A stretch of DNA of 20,000 bases from an uncultured virus (IMG/VR IMGVR_UViG_3300045969_000082). Taxonomy: Duplodnaviria; Heunggongvirae; Uroviricota; Caudoviricetes. The stretch's first letter is position 1. Every line of letters starts with the position of its first letter. Below the pieces are notes generated by a model, which saw nothing but the letters and a program-made list of their open reading frames with translations, was not told the origin of the DNA and made no database searches. The stretch lies in the IMG/VR virus record IMGVR_UViG_3300045969_000082. One strand, written 5' to 3'. Made by a program: the position numbers and the translations under genes. This document shows, one piece after another, positions 1 through 7,591 of this stretch.

Positions 1-1370
1 TGAGGTGATCCGAACCGAACTTTCACCGCGCCGATCTCTGCGATGTCGACTCCATCGTTCCGCACCGCCGACGGAAAAGCCTTCTCGATCTTCTTCCAAT
101 CCGAGTCGCTACTGGCGATCGCCTTCCTCTCCTCGAGGAATTTCAGGAAGCGATAGAGGTAGAAGATCGCATCGAACGGCGTCTTCGCAGGATCCCCGCC
201 AAACAGGTCCATCGAGATCGGCCGCGGATTGTCGCGCTTCATGCCGAAGCTGTTGCGCTGGTTGAGCACAAGCCATGCGGCATCCGTCATTTCGGCTCCG
301 GCCTTCAGGATTTGTCCGATACCCTTGGCCTTGGTGCCCTCGTCAGCCCGACGATCTTCGGGCTTCACCACGCCGATGTGGTCAACCACCACGAACGGCA
401 CCTTGTCGTTGCCGCGCCGTTTCACGAAGGTCCGCGCCAGCCCGACGAGTTGCGGCGCTGATTGATCGGTGCATTTGATGACCTCGAACGGGACCGAGCC
501 GATCCAGCGGGCGAAGCTCATGCAAGTCTCGAACTCCTTCTCCGACAGCAGCTTTGCGTCCCGCTGCCGACGAGCCTCGATCTCGTTCTCCTGCGCCACC
601 ATCTGACGGATCACCTGATCCGACGATTGGTCAAAGGAGAGGAAGCAGACCGGATGCCCCTTCTTCAGGGCATGCAGGATCAACTGGATTGTAAGGGAGG
701 TCTTGCCCTCGCCCGACGAAGACAGCAGCCCGTAGAGGTTTCCCGCCTCGAAGCATGGTTCCGAAATCACCTCAGCGATTTCGTCGAGAGCGATAGGCAC
801 GCCCCTGACTTCGCCTCGCTGGTAGGACATCGACAGGCTGTCGAGGTAGGACTGCCCGGCGTTCTTGATCGGCGAGGATTTCAGCGCATCGGCGCGGATC
901 GCAGCCATGCGCTCCTCGATCGGCTCGAACGCCTTCAGCGGATTCTCGCCCGGCGCGAGGTTGAAGTAGGTGTCGACGCCATCCTGAAGCGCGCCGATTG
1001 CTTGCCGCGCGACCCACGCATCGAAAATCGCTGCGGCATAATCCGGCGCATTCACCACCGTCACCGCATGCGTGCAGAGATGGGCGAGATAGCCAGAAAC
1101 CGTCGCCTCCTGCCCCTCGATCTTCAGACCTTCGACCTTGGCAGGCAGGCTGTTCTTCAGCGTCACCGGGTTTGCGCCGCGGCCGTTCGCAAGTGACTGG
1201 CCGATCACCTCATAGACGCGCTGGTGCAGCGGTTCGTAGAAGTGCTGCGGTTCCAGCAGACGGTTCACCACATCGAAAGCGGCGTTATTCAGGAGGATCG
1301 CGCCGAGAAGCGCCTGTTCCGCGGGAACGTTCTCGGGAACGGCACGGACGGATGGATCGTGCGCGTTCAT
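1..1370 (-). CDS. dnaB: Phage DnaB-like replicative helicase (3' end beyond the window; absent from the ORF track)
   Basis: Hand translation from ATG 1370 gives the DnaB N-terminus MNAHDPSVRAVPENVPAEQALLGAILLNN...PQHFYEPLHQRVYEVI. Also Walker A LLSSSGEGKT, Walker B FVVVDHIG, LVLNQRN, RPISMDLFGG...DAIFYLYR and AEIGAVKVRFG, all in the same frame. Confidence 0.9.
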   Translation of the reverse strand, partial: MNAHDPSVRAVPENVPAEQALLGAILLNNAAFDVVNRLLEPQHFYEPLHQRVYEVIGQSLANGRGANPVTLKNSLPAKVEGLKIEGQEATVSGYLAHLCTHAVTVVNAPDYAAAIFDAWVARQAIGALQDGVDTYFNLAPGENPLKAFEPIEERMAAIRADALKSSPIKNAGQSYLDSLSMSYQRGEVRGVPIALDEIAEVISEPCFEAGNLYGLLSSSGEGKTSLTIQLILHALKKGHPVCFLSFDQSSDQVIRQMVAQENEIEARRQRDAKLLSEKEFETCMSFARWIGSVPFEVIKCTDQSAPQLVGLARTFVKRRGNDKVPFVVVDHIGVVKPEDRRADEGTKAKGIGQILKAGAEMTDAAWLVLNQRNSFGMKRDNPRPISMDLFGGDPAKTPFDAIFYLYRFLKFLEERKAIASSDSDWKKIEKAFPSAVRNDGVDIAEIGAVKVRFGSP

Positions 1371-1915
1371 GCCACCACTCCCGCCGCCATCAGGCGGAAC
1401 TGGTCGCACTTCTTCGCCGTCCAGTAGGCGATAATGCAGGCGTCGCGAGCGTCTTGGTTGGTGGCGACGATCTTCAACCGCTCACACATTTGCTTCGCGC
1501 GCTCCTTCGACGAGCCCTTGATGTCCTTGTCGATCACCGACAGCCACGACTGCGGCCTCACCTCGACGCAGGGTATGTTTTGGCCGGTGACGCAGATCTG
1601 CGCCGCGCCGGCGAGCCGGTTGAGCTGCATCACCGTGCCGGGATTGATTGTGGAGACTTCCTCCTCCTCGCCGAACATCGTCTTCGACTTCTTGGTGAAG
1701 GTCGGAACGATCGAAAGAGGCGCTTCGATGGCACAGAAATCCGGCCGATGCTCGCGGATCAGCTTTGGCAGCTTCCTTCGCATGTCGGCCACCTTCTCGA
1801 AGGCGTTATCCCCGATGAACTGGAGAGCGCCAGAAAGCATCGACGACGGGTCGCGATCGGCATCCCAAACCGCATATCCGCACTTCGTTGCCACGTCCAA
1901 GGCGAGGATCTTCAT
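1367..1915 (-). CDS. RuvC-like Holliday junction resolvase
   Basis: MKILALDVATKCGYAVW, PDFCAIEAP and NQDARDA supply the RNase H-fold acidic residues. Start moved to ATG 1915, which forms an ATGA overlap with the upstream stop. Confidence 0.8.
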   Translation of the reverse strand: MKILALDVATKCGYAVWDADRDPSSMLSGALQFIGDNAFEKVADMRRKLPKLIREHRPDFCAIEAPLSIVPTFTKKSKTMFGEEEEVSTINPGTVMQLNRLAGAAQICVTGQNIPCVEVRPQSWLSVIDKDIKGSSKERAKQMCERLKIVATNQDARDACIIAYWTAKKCDQFRLMAAGVVA

Positions 1916-2205
1916 GGCTGCCCGCCTCCCCTGACGAGCCGATAGACCTCGCCAGTGCTGACGCCGCCGTCGATCGACATCCCGTGTCGGCGGAGGATTC
2001 GATCCAGCCGCATCACTTCGTTGCAGAACTCGACGTAGGCGATGACGGGCTGGTCCTTCGGGCTCGGGAACCCGCACCAGTGGATGATCTTGTCCCGATG
2101 GCTCGGGCCGTTATCGCGCAGATATCGGTAGACCCGCAGCGCGCGGCCATAGACGTCGGCGCTGCGGATTCCATCCTCTATCGACTTGTTGAGGCCGGCG
2201 GTCAT
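1912..2205 (-). CDS. Hypothetical phage protein, possibly winged helix
   Basis: 97 aa with ATGA overlaps at both ends; helix-helix-helix-hairpin-like pattern. Confidence 0.7.
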   Translation of the reverse strand: MTAGLNKSIEDGIRSADVYGRALRVYRYLRDNGPSHRDKIIHWCGFPSPKDQPVIAYVEFCNEVMRLDRILRRHGMSIDGGVSTGEVYRLVRGGGQP

Positions 2206-2939
2206 GCGATTGCCCTCGCTCCTGAAAACATATCCGGTCCAGCATGGGCGGCGCGCAGCCGCGCCACGGCCATGTCGAAGAACGGTTCGTGGATCTCGAT
2301 GCCGATGAACTTCCTGCCGAGGCGCATGCAGGCGACTCCGGTGGTGCCACTGCCCATGAAAGGATCGAGCACCACCTGTCCCGGCGCCGAGGAGTTGCGG
2401 ACGTATTCCTCCATCAGGGCGACCGGCTTTTCGGTCGGATGCCCCGCTTCCTTCTCTATGCCGCCGCGGAGAAGTTGCTTGGAGGACGGATCGTTTATCG
2501 TCTTCGCCCGGCCCTTCCAGAGATAGGCCGTGAACTCCAGGTTCTTCATGTACCAGCGGTTCGCCGTCGGCGTGACCTTGTCCCAGACCAGCACGTTGTG
2601 GAGGCCAAACCCGGCATCCGTGGCCGCATTGAGGATCGGCCGAAGGTTCTTGTCGTTCGACATCACGTAGCAGTCGGCGTCGTCGACGAGGACGTCATGA
2701 AGAGCCGCCATCATCTCAGGGAACGGTACAGTCGCCATGATGAGTTGACCGTCGTTTGCATAGTTGTGCGAGGCGAAGATGCCGGACATGGTCTTCGATG
2801 ATTTCGAGACGCCGCCGGTGGTGAGCGCATACGGCACGTCGCTGACGACAAGGTCGACCTTCGGCAAACCGGGCAGGATCGCCATGGCATCACCAAGGAG
2901 AAGGCGGCAATCGCCTACGATTTCCTCGCGGACGATCAT
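2202..2939 (-). CDS. Orphan beta-class N6-adenine/N4-cytosine DNA methyltransferase
   Basis: LLLGDA, catalytic motif IV VSDVPY (a DPPY variant), HPTEKP, and motif I VLDPFMGSGTTG in beta order. Start at ATG 2939 (TGATG overlap). Confidence 0.92.
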   Translation of the reverse strand: MIVREEIVGDCRLLLGDAMAILPGLPKVDLVVSDVPYALTTGGVSKSSKTMSGIFASHNYANDGQLIMATVPFPEMMAALHDVLVDDADCYVMSNDKNLRPILNAATDAGFGLHNVLVWDKVTPTANRWYMKNLEFTAYLWKGRAKTINDPSSKQLLRGGIEKEAGHPTEKPVALMEEYVRNSSAPGQVVLDPFMGSGTTGVACMRLGRKFIGIEIHEPFFDMAVARLRAAHAGPDMFSGARAIA

Positions 2940-3178
2940 CAAACCGCCCCCATGAACCACAGGAACGCGACGATGGCCGCAGCCTCGATCACGACCAGAG
3001 ACAGGATCGGGCGATACGAGAACGGCCGATCATGCCAACGCAGCGGCTCGTCGCGACCATCAATGCCTGGATCGTCAGGCTGGCGCGCCGGCCAGTGCGT
3101 ATCGCCACGCGCCTTCTTCGCGGCCACGGCGGCATAGTAACTGCCGATGCCGTCCTTCTGCGGATCGTACTCGCTCAT
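2939..3178 (-). CDS. Hypothetical protein with C-terminal transmembrane helix
   Basis: 79 aa, coupled to both neighbours; hydrophobic tail ILSLVVIEAAAIVAFLWFMGAV. Confidence 0.7.
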   Translation of the reverse strand: MSEYDPQKDGIGSYYAAVAAKKARGDTHWPARQPDDPGIDGRDEPLRWHDRPFSYRPILSLVVIEAAAIVAFLWFMGAV

Positions 3179-3273
3179 CGCCCCAGAACCCAGCCGAGAA
3201 CGAAGGCGAAAGCCACAACGACGAGGATGGCGACGAACTCGCCGTCAGCCGGTTGAGACAGCCACTCCATCAT
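3175..3273 (-). CDS. Small single-pass membrane peptide (32 aa)
   Basis: MMEWLSQPADGEFVAILVVVAFAFVLGWVLGR with a GAGGG RBS and ATGA overlaps at both ends. Confidence 0.6.
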   Translation of the reverse strand: MMEWLSQPADGEFVAILVVVAFAFVLGWVLGR

Positions 3274-3623
3274 GCCGCCCTCGCGCTTTTCTGGGCGAGG
3301 CTCCAGCCGACGCCCCAATGGGTGACTATCTCGATGCCTTGGCGAGCGAGCTTGCGACGCAGCTTGCACAGCCAAACGTCTATGATCTTTGGATCGGGCT
3401 GGGCGGCTATGTGGCCGTAGAGAACCATCATCGCGGATTCGCGCGTCACCAGTTCTCGGGCGGCCATGTGCGCGTAGAGCCGGCGTTCGCGATCAGTCAG
3501 GCCCCACGACAACGGCGCGTTCTTCCCGCCCTCGACAAGCTGCTGCTTCAACTGCCGCACCTGCTCGCGGAGCGTTTCGTTCTCCACGCGGAGCCTGTGC
3601 TTTTCCATGTCTTCGACTGCCAT
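3270..3623 (-). CDS. OmpR/PhoB-type winged-helix regulator resembling the CtrA DNA-binding domain, with no receiver domain
   Basis: PDPKIIDVWLCKLRRKL...IVTHWGVGWSL matches the CtrA C-terminal motif PELKIIDVFICKLRKKL...IETVWGRGYVL. The N-terminus is a short coiled coil. Confidence 0.8.
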   Translation of the reverse strand: MAVEDMEKHRLRVENETLREQVRQLKQQLVEGGKNAPLSWGLTDRERRLYAHMAARELVTRESAMMVLYGHIAAQPDPKIIDVWLCKLRRKLARQGIEIVTHWGVGWSLAQKSARAA

Positions 3624-3677
3624 GACCCCATCCTTGATAATGGGAGCGCCTGTCGGCCGGCGCGCGCCACGCTCGGA

Positions 3678-4067
3678 TTACTCGGCCGTCAGGATTTCCA
3701 GCGCCGCCTCGCAGGACGACACGATCTTCTGGTCGGCCTCGATGTCGCGCGCGGCCTGCGCTTTGGCCTCGGTTTCACGCTCGGCAAGATCGGCCAGCGC
3801 CGCCTCGTGCCGGGCCTTCTCTTCCTTCCGCGCCGCCGCGATGCTCGCCAGCGTCGCCTTCAGGCCCTTCTTGGTGTCGGAAATCCGCTGCTTGCGCTTG
3901 GTGATCGAGTGCCGGTGCGCCGCCGCGATCCGGTCCTGCTCGTTCTCGGGATCGGGCGCGACGTAGCGCGAGACCGTCGGCTTCTTCAGCGCGACCACGT
4001 TCATGTCGCGATCCAGTTCGGCGCCAAGGTCGCGCTCCAGATTGCGCAGTGCTTGTGCTGTGCTCAT
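3678..4067 (-). CDS. Hypothetical coiled-coil protein
   Basis: 129 aa, A/E/K/R-rich, with an AAGGGAG RBS before ATG 4067. Confidence 0.7.
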   Translation of the reverse strand: MSTAQALRNLERDLGAELDRDMNVVALKKPTVSRYVAPDPENEQDRIAAAHRHSITKRKQRISDTKKGLKATLASIAAARKEEKARHEAALADLAERETEAKAQAARDIEADQKIVSSCEAALEILTAE

Positions 4068-4069
4068 GT

Positions 4070-4162
4070 TCAAACTCCCTTGATGGAGATGCCGGCCACG
4101 ACGATGCGAACTCGGGCGCGCGGCCGGCGCTGGCGGAAAAATCTGGCGAGGCGGACGATCAT
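4070..4162 (-). CDS. Putative 30-aa basic peptide
   Basis: MIVRLARFFRQRRPRARVRIVVAGISIKGV starts immediately after the upstream TAG and fills the gap to the next gene. Confidence 0.4.
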   Translation of the reverse strand: MIVRLARFFRQRRPRARVRIVVAGISIKGV

Positions 4163-4705
4163 CTACTTGCTGCCGATCTCGCCCATCTTCTGAAGCATCT
4201 CCCGTCGACCGGGAGGCGGATCGCCCATGATCGAGGCGGTGACGTTTCGGACGGGCTGTGCCCGCGCAGCGGGGCGCTGTGCTGGCTGCGTGGTCTGCTT
4301 CTTATTCGGCGCGGTCTCGTCGGCCCACTTCGGCAGGACGATCTCGATCCAGCCCTCGTCGACGTTTTCCCATTGGCACCACAGCGCCGGCTCGGAACGG
4401 TTAACGAAAGCGTCCTGGTGCCCCATCTTCAGCGAGAACCAGACACCCTTAGCGGCCTTTTGTTGGGCGATTGCCACCTGCCCGGCGCTGTTGTTCTTGC
4501 GAAGGCGCAGGAGACCGTGATGCTCGCCACTGCCGATCATGATCTCGATCTTGTCTCCGTCGGACCAGCCGAGCTTCTTCCCGACAGTTTCGCTGATCGA
4601 GAACGACATCTGGGCCGGAGACTTCGACGTCTGCCGGAGCGAGACCTTGATCCCGGTGCCGACCGACGCCGGCTTGATCTCGATATGCGCCTTCGCCCAC
4701 GCCAT
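4163..4705 (-). CDS. Hypothetical protein with an AbrB/SpoVT-like swapped-hairpin motif
   Basis: SFSISETVGKKLGWSDGDKIEIMI resembles the AbrB pattern ITIPKEIRxxLGLxxGDxVEI. Confidence 0.65.
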   Translation of the reverse strand: MAWAKAHIEIKPASVGTGIKVSLRQTSKSPAQMSFSISETVGKKLGWSDGDKIEIMIGSGEHHGLLRLRKNNSAGQVAIAQQKAAKGVWFSLKMGHQDAFVNRSEPALWCQWENVDEGWIEIVLPKWADETAPNKKQTTQPAQRPAARAQPVRNVTASIMGDPPPGRREMLQKMGEIGSK

Positions 4706-4709
4706 CGGA

Positions 4710-5270
4710 TCAATCCTCGTCCTCGTCGAAGACGTCGTCGTCAGCGTCGGACTTGATGAGTTCGTCGCCGGCGGGCTCCATGGACAGGATCAGTTCCCGT
4801 TCACGGGTCCCATCATGGAAAGCCGAAATCCAAGCCTGACCCTGCTCGCTGTCGACGGCGTAGGGGTTCTGGTCCATGCCCTGCCCCATAATGCCGACAT
4901 ACCGACCAAGCTCCTTGGCCTTCGCGGTGCTGTCGCGGCTCGGCGTCTCGACCCGGAACATATCGAGCTGCTTCTTCTCGATCGGCGTGCCCAGGATCAT
5001 CAGGTACTCGGTGAGCGCCTTGAGGTACGCGACTTTCTCGTCGACCTTGCCGGACTTCTTGATCGCGAGCGCGTCTTTCGCGGCGGCGAGATGGATGCCC
5101 TTTGCCTCGACGTGCTTCAGGGTGTTCCGGTAGTTGCCGTTGGCGGTCTCGAACTCCGCCTTGGCGCGAGCGATCTTGCCAAGCTGAAGCGCGACGACCG
5201 CGTCCTCGGCCGGGCCGTTCTTCCTCAGTTCGACGACGTTGTCGTCCTTCTTCGCCTGTGCTTTCGCCAT
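4710..5270 (-). CDS. GapR(DUF2312)-like N-terminal domain fused to an RMF/CrpP-like domain, with an acidic tail
   Basis: EAKGIHLAAAKDALAIKK...LTEYLMILG resembles GapR AKGNGFDVKVLKKVVRIRK...LDLYLSAIG. GRYVGIMG.....NPY....Q...W resembles RMF GYQAGIAG.....CPY...Q...W. Confidence 0.65.
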   Translation of the reverse strand: MAKAQAKKDDNVVELRKNGPAEDAVVALQLGKIARAKAEFETANGNYRNTLKHVEAKGIHLAAAKDALAIKKSGKVDEKVAYLKALTEYLMILGTPIEKKQLDMFRVETPSRDSTAKAKELGRYVGIMGQGMDQNPYAVDSEQGQAWISAFHDGTRERELILSMEPAGDELIKSDADDDVFDEDED

Positions 5271-5289
5271 TGTTGGCTCTCCTGTTGAG

Positions 5290-5484
5290 TTACGCGACCT
5301 CGACGACCATCACGTCGCCGTCGTCGAACTTGATCCGCATCAGTGTCTTGTCCTGTTGGAAGGCCGAGCGGAGTTGCCCGTCCTCATCCTCGTAGGCACA
5401 CTGGTCACTGACGCCGACTTCCGTGATGGCCGCGCCTTTCCTGATCTTCCGGATCAGGTCGCGCTTGCCGGAGATTTTCGCCAT
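5290..5484 (-). CDS. Hypothetical protein
   Basis: 64 aa with a strong GAGGAGG RBS. Confidence 0.7.
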   Translation of the reverse strand: MAKISGKRDLIRKIRKGAAITEVGVSDQCAYEDEDGQLRSAFQQDKTLMRIKFDDGDVMVVEVA

Positions 5485-5523
5485 TGTTGGCCTCCTCTGG
5501 CCGCTGGTTAGGATTTCAGGTGC

Positions 5524-5733
5524 TCACCGCCGCCAGTCGCGCGTGTTCCGCAGCGACAGCCACGGAAGCGCGATGGCGAAGATGATGAGAACGAGGGCGA
5601 TCGGCCCCCAAATCGGCGCGAGAACCCACCACCACGACCAGTCGATGAAGCCGGTGAGCTTGAGCCCGATGAAAAGGATGGCGAGCAGGCTCAGAAAGAC
5701 GCTGCCGCCACCGGAGGAATTGGCGTTGCTCAT
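5524..5733 (-). CDS. Small two-TM phage membrane protein (Tmemb_185A/'Fragile-X-F'-like motif)
   Basis: LFIGLKLTGFIDWSWWWVLAPIW signature, widespread in phages. Confidence 0.8.
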   Translation of the reverse strand: MSNANSSGGGSVFLSLLAILFIGLKLTGFIDWSWWWVLAPIWGPIALVLIIFAIALPWLSLRNTRDWRR

Positions 5734-5736
5734 GGC

Positions 5737-6159
5737 CTACGCCTCCTCTCGCGGCGCAGCCGCCACCACTCCTCGACCATCCGGGCCAAGGCTCGCATCA
5801 ACCGCATCGGCATGGTTCCTGATCTGGAGGCGCTGGCGCTCGTACTCGTCAGCCTTGGCCTCGACGCGCTGGCACAATTCCTCGTAGGCCAGCATGAACG
5901 GGATCATCACGCTTCCCGCGACGGTCTTCATTTCCTTCCAGCGATCCCAGCACCGCTTGGCCTGAGACACCGGAGCGCCGAGTTCGTCGGCAACGCGCTG
6001 GACAGCGGCGCCCATCGTGTCACCACGACCGCGGAATTGCGCCCGCGCAACGCACTCCATCCAGAACACCGTCCGCTCGGGATCGGTCATTCCCTTCGTG
6101 TCACGAAGCGCGCGAAGGTCACGCGCTATGACGGATTCGTCATTCCTTCTGACGGACAT
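5737..6159 (-). CDS. HTH protein in the cII position
   Basis: GAGGAG RBS before ATG 6159; RGRGDTMGAAVQRVADELGAPVSQAKRCW is HTH-like; lies downstream of cro. Confidence 0.65.
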   Translation of the reverse strand: MSVRRNDESVIARDLRALRDTKGMTDPERTVFWMECVARAQFRGRGDTMGAAVQRVADELGAPVSQAKRCWDRWKEMKTVAGSVMIPFMLAYEELCQRVEAKADEYERQRLQIRNHADAVDASLGPDGRGVVAAAPREEA

Positions 6160-6305
6160 GCTCGGCACTCCTCGATACGGTTCACGCATCGAGGAAGCGC
6201 GCCGGTCGCCGGAGCGCCGATCAGGGAAAGGAAGAACAGATGCAGCGCCGACGGAACCGCCAAGCTCAGACCGGCATGCAACTGGATATGTTTGACACAG
6301 GATGC

Positions 6306-6500
6306 TCATTCCGAGCCCCCGACATGATGGACCGCCGAGAGTTCGCGCCTGATCCTCTGGATTTCGCTCAACTCATCCGACAGTTCCCGGCCCAGGTCCG
6401 TCAGATCCCTGAGCGTGAAAAGCAGGGTGATCATCACGTGACCGCCTCCGATCAGCCACACCGCAGAGATCGACCACATGACGATGACTTCGAGGCTCAT
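6306..6500 (-). CDS. Hypothetical protein with hydrophobic N-terminus and coiled C-terminus
   Basis: 64 aa with an AGGAGG RBS. Confidence 0.55.
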   Translation of the reverse strand: MSLEVIVMWSISAVWLIGGGHVMITLLFTLRDLTDLGRELSDELSEIQRIRRELSAVHHVGGSE

Positions 6501-6586
6501 GCCGCGCCTCCTGCTGGACGCCCCTTCGCTCCGGGAGCAGGATTGAGGTGCGAATCCAACCCGCCAGCCGAAGCGAAGGAGCGAAC

Positions 6587-6913
6587 ATGGAAAGAACGAT
6601 GGAGGATTTGGAAGTCGACCTCAGGATCGCCAACGCAAGGGCCGAGGTCGCGATCGGGCTCGTGCGAACACTGGTCCGCGAGCTTTCCGGCATCGTATCG
6701 TGGAACGAGGACGACCTGTTCCGGTCCTACCTCGACAGCTTCGATGACGAAGACCCGGCCAGGGACTATGCCTGCCTCGACTTCGTCCGCTTCCACGGCG
6801 GAGATGATGGCGTCAATCCCGGAGAGGCTTACGGCGCAGACCTCCAGCGACGCGAAGTGCTCGACCACAAGATCAGGAAGCAGATCAGGCAAGATCGCGC
6901 CTCCTCGATTTGA
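6587..6913 (+). CDS. Acidic hypothetical protein oriented against the cro operon
   Basis: AAGGAG RBS before ATG 6587; 108 aa with protein-like composition and GC-rich third codon positions. Confidence 0.65.
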   Translation: MERTMEDLEVDLRIANARAEVAIGLVRTLVRELSGIVSWNEDDLFRSYLDSFDDEDPARDYACLDFVRFHGGDDGVNPGEAYGADLQRREVLDHKIRKQIRQDRASSI

Positions 6914-7244
6914 GGTGGTGCCCCATCCTGAAGGCGTAGCTGGACATTCCGGGTGGGCAGACGCGGCTAATGGTGCGCGTGAGATTCTGACGCGCACGCG
7001 GTTCGCTTCTCCGAAAAAAGTCTCGAAGGAGCCGGGCATGCAGGGTGCGGCTCACCCGACCGCGCAACTCCACGTACTCGTTGTAGTCGATGGCGCCGCG
7101 CATCCACATCGAGCGCAGAGTCGCGCGCTCCTTCCTCACCGCAGCATAGAGCTTGGCATGCGCGTCCGTGCAGCGGGCCTCATCTTCCAGCCTCTGGAGG
7201 AACCCAGATGTGCGGAGAGCTTGATAGATTGGGTTGCGGATCAT
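6885..7244 (-). CDS. Basic hypothetical protein downstream of cro
   Basis: ATGA-coupled to the cro stop; its 3' end overlaps the convergent gene. Confidence 0.55.
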   Translation of the reverse strand: MIRNPIYQALRTSGFLQRLEDEARCTDAHAKLYAAVRKERATLRSMWMRGAIDYNEYVELRGRVSRTLHARLLRDFFRRSEPRARQNLTRTISRVCPPGMSSYAFRMGHHLKSRRRDLA

Positions 7245-7495
7245 GCCGCGACACCTTCAGCAGCGCGGGCACGGGACGCTTCGTCCGGCGTCGGGACCGG
7301 GATGCCGTTCTCCTGTGCAATGCGGAGGATGTCGTGAGCATCGCGAGCCTTGAGGGCCTGATCCTTCAGCGCCTCCATCCGAAAGATGCGGACCTGATAG
7401 AGGAACAACCGCTTCGCGAACTCGCCCTGCGTTTCCCCGAGCGCTCGCCGGATGCACCAGAGCTGATTGCCGGTCAAGCTTGGGCCCGCACTCAT
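7241..7495 (-). CDS. cro: Cro-like XRE HTH regulator
   Basis: LTGNQLWCIRRALGETQGEFAKRL XRE signature, AGGAG RBS, divergent from cI. Confidence 0.8.
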   Translation of the reverse strand: MSAGPSLTGNQLWCIRRALGETQGEFAKRLFLYQVRIFRMEALKDQALKARDAHDILRIAQENGIPVPTPDEASRARAAEGVAA

Positions 7496-7505
7496 GTATT
7501 GATCT

Positions 7506-7566
7506 CCTACAAATCGTATTAGACGAATACGCAAAGATTGCGCCCCATGTCAATACCAATCGTATT
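7506..7566. promoter_or_regulatory. OR-like operator cluster with leftward PR-like promoter
   Basis: AATAC-CAATC-GTATT (7552-7566), CCTAC-AAATC-GTATT (7506-7520) and a half-matching site at 7526-7540. Minus-strand TTGACA at 7548-7553. Confidence 0.75.
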
Positions 7567-7591
7567 TGAAAATATGCGACGCTCGGCGACC

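Noticed and set aside
462..1945. Long plus-strand ORFs 462-1196 and 998-1945
   Set aside because: Antisense shadows of dnaB and ruvC, expected in GC-rich DNA, with no motifs.
3147..5288. Plus-strand ORFs 3147-4193, 4049-4756 and 4539-5288
   Set aside because: They oppose a chain of closely spaced minus-strand genes with clear ribosome-binding sites.
6245..6264. Similarity to 10373-10394 as a nutR/nutL-like pair
   Set aside because: A short, gapped, GC-rich match that could easily arise by chance.
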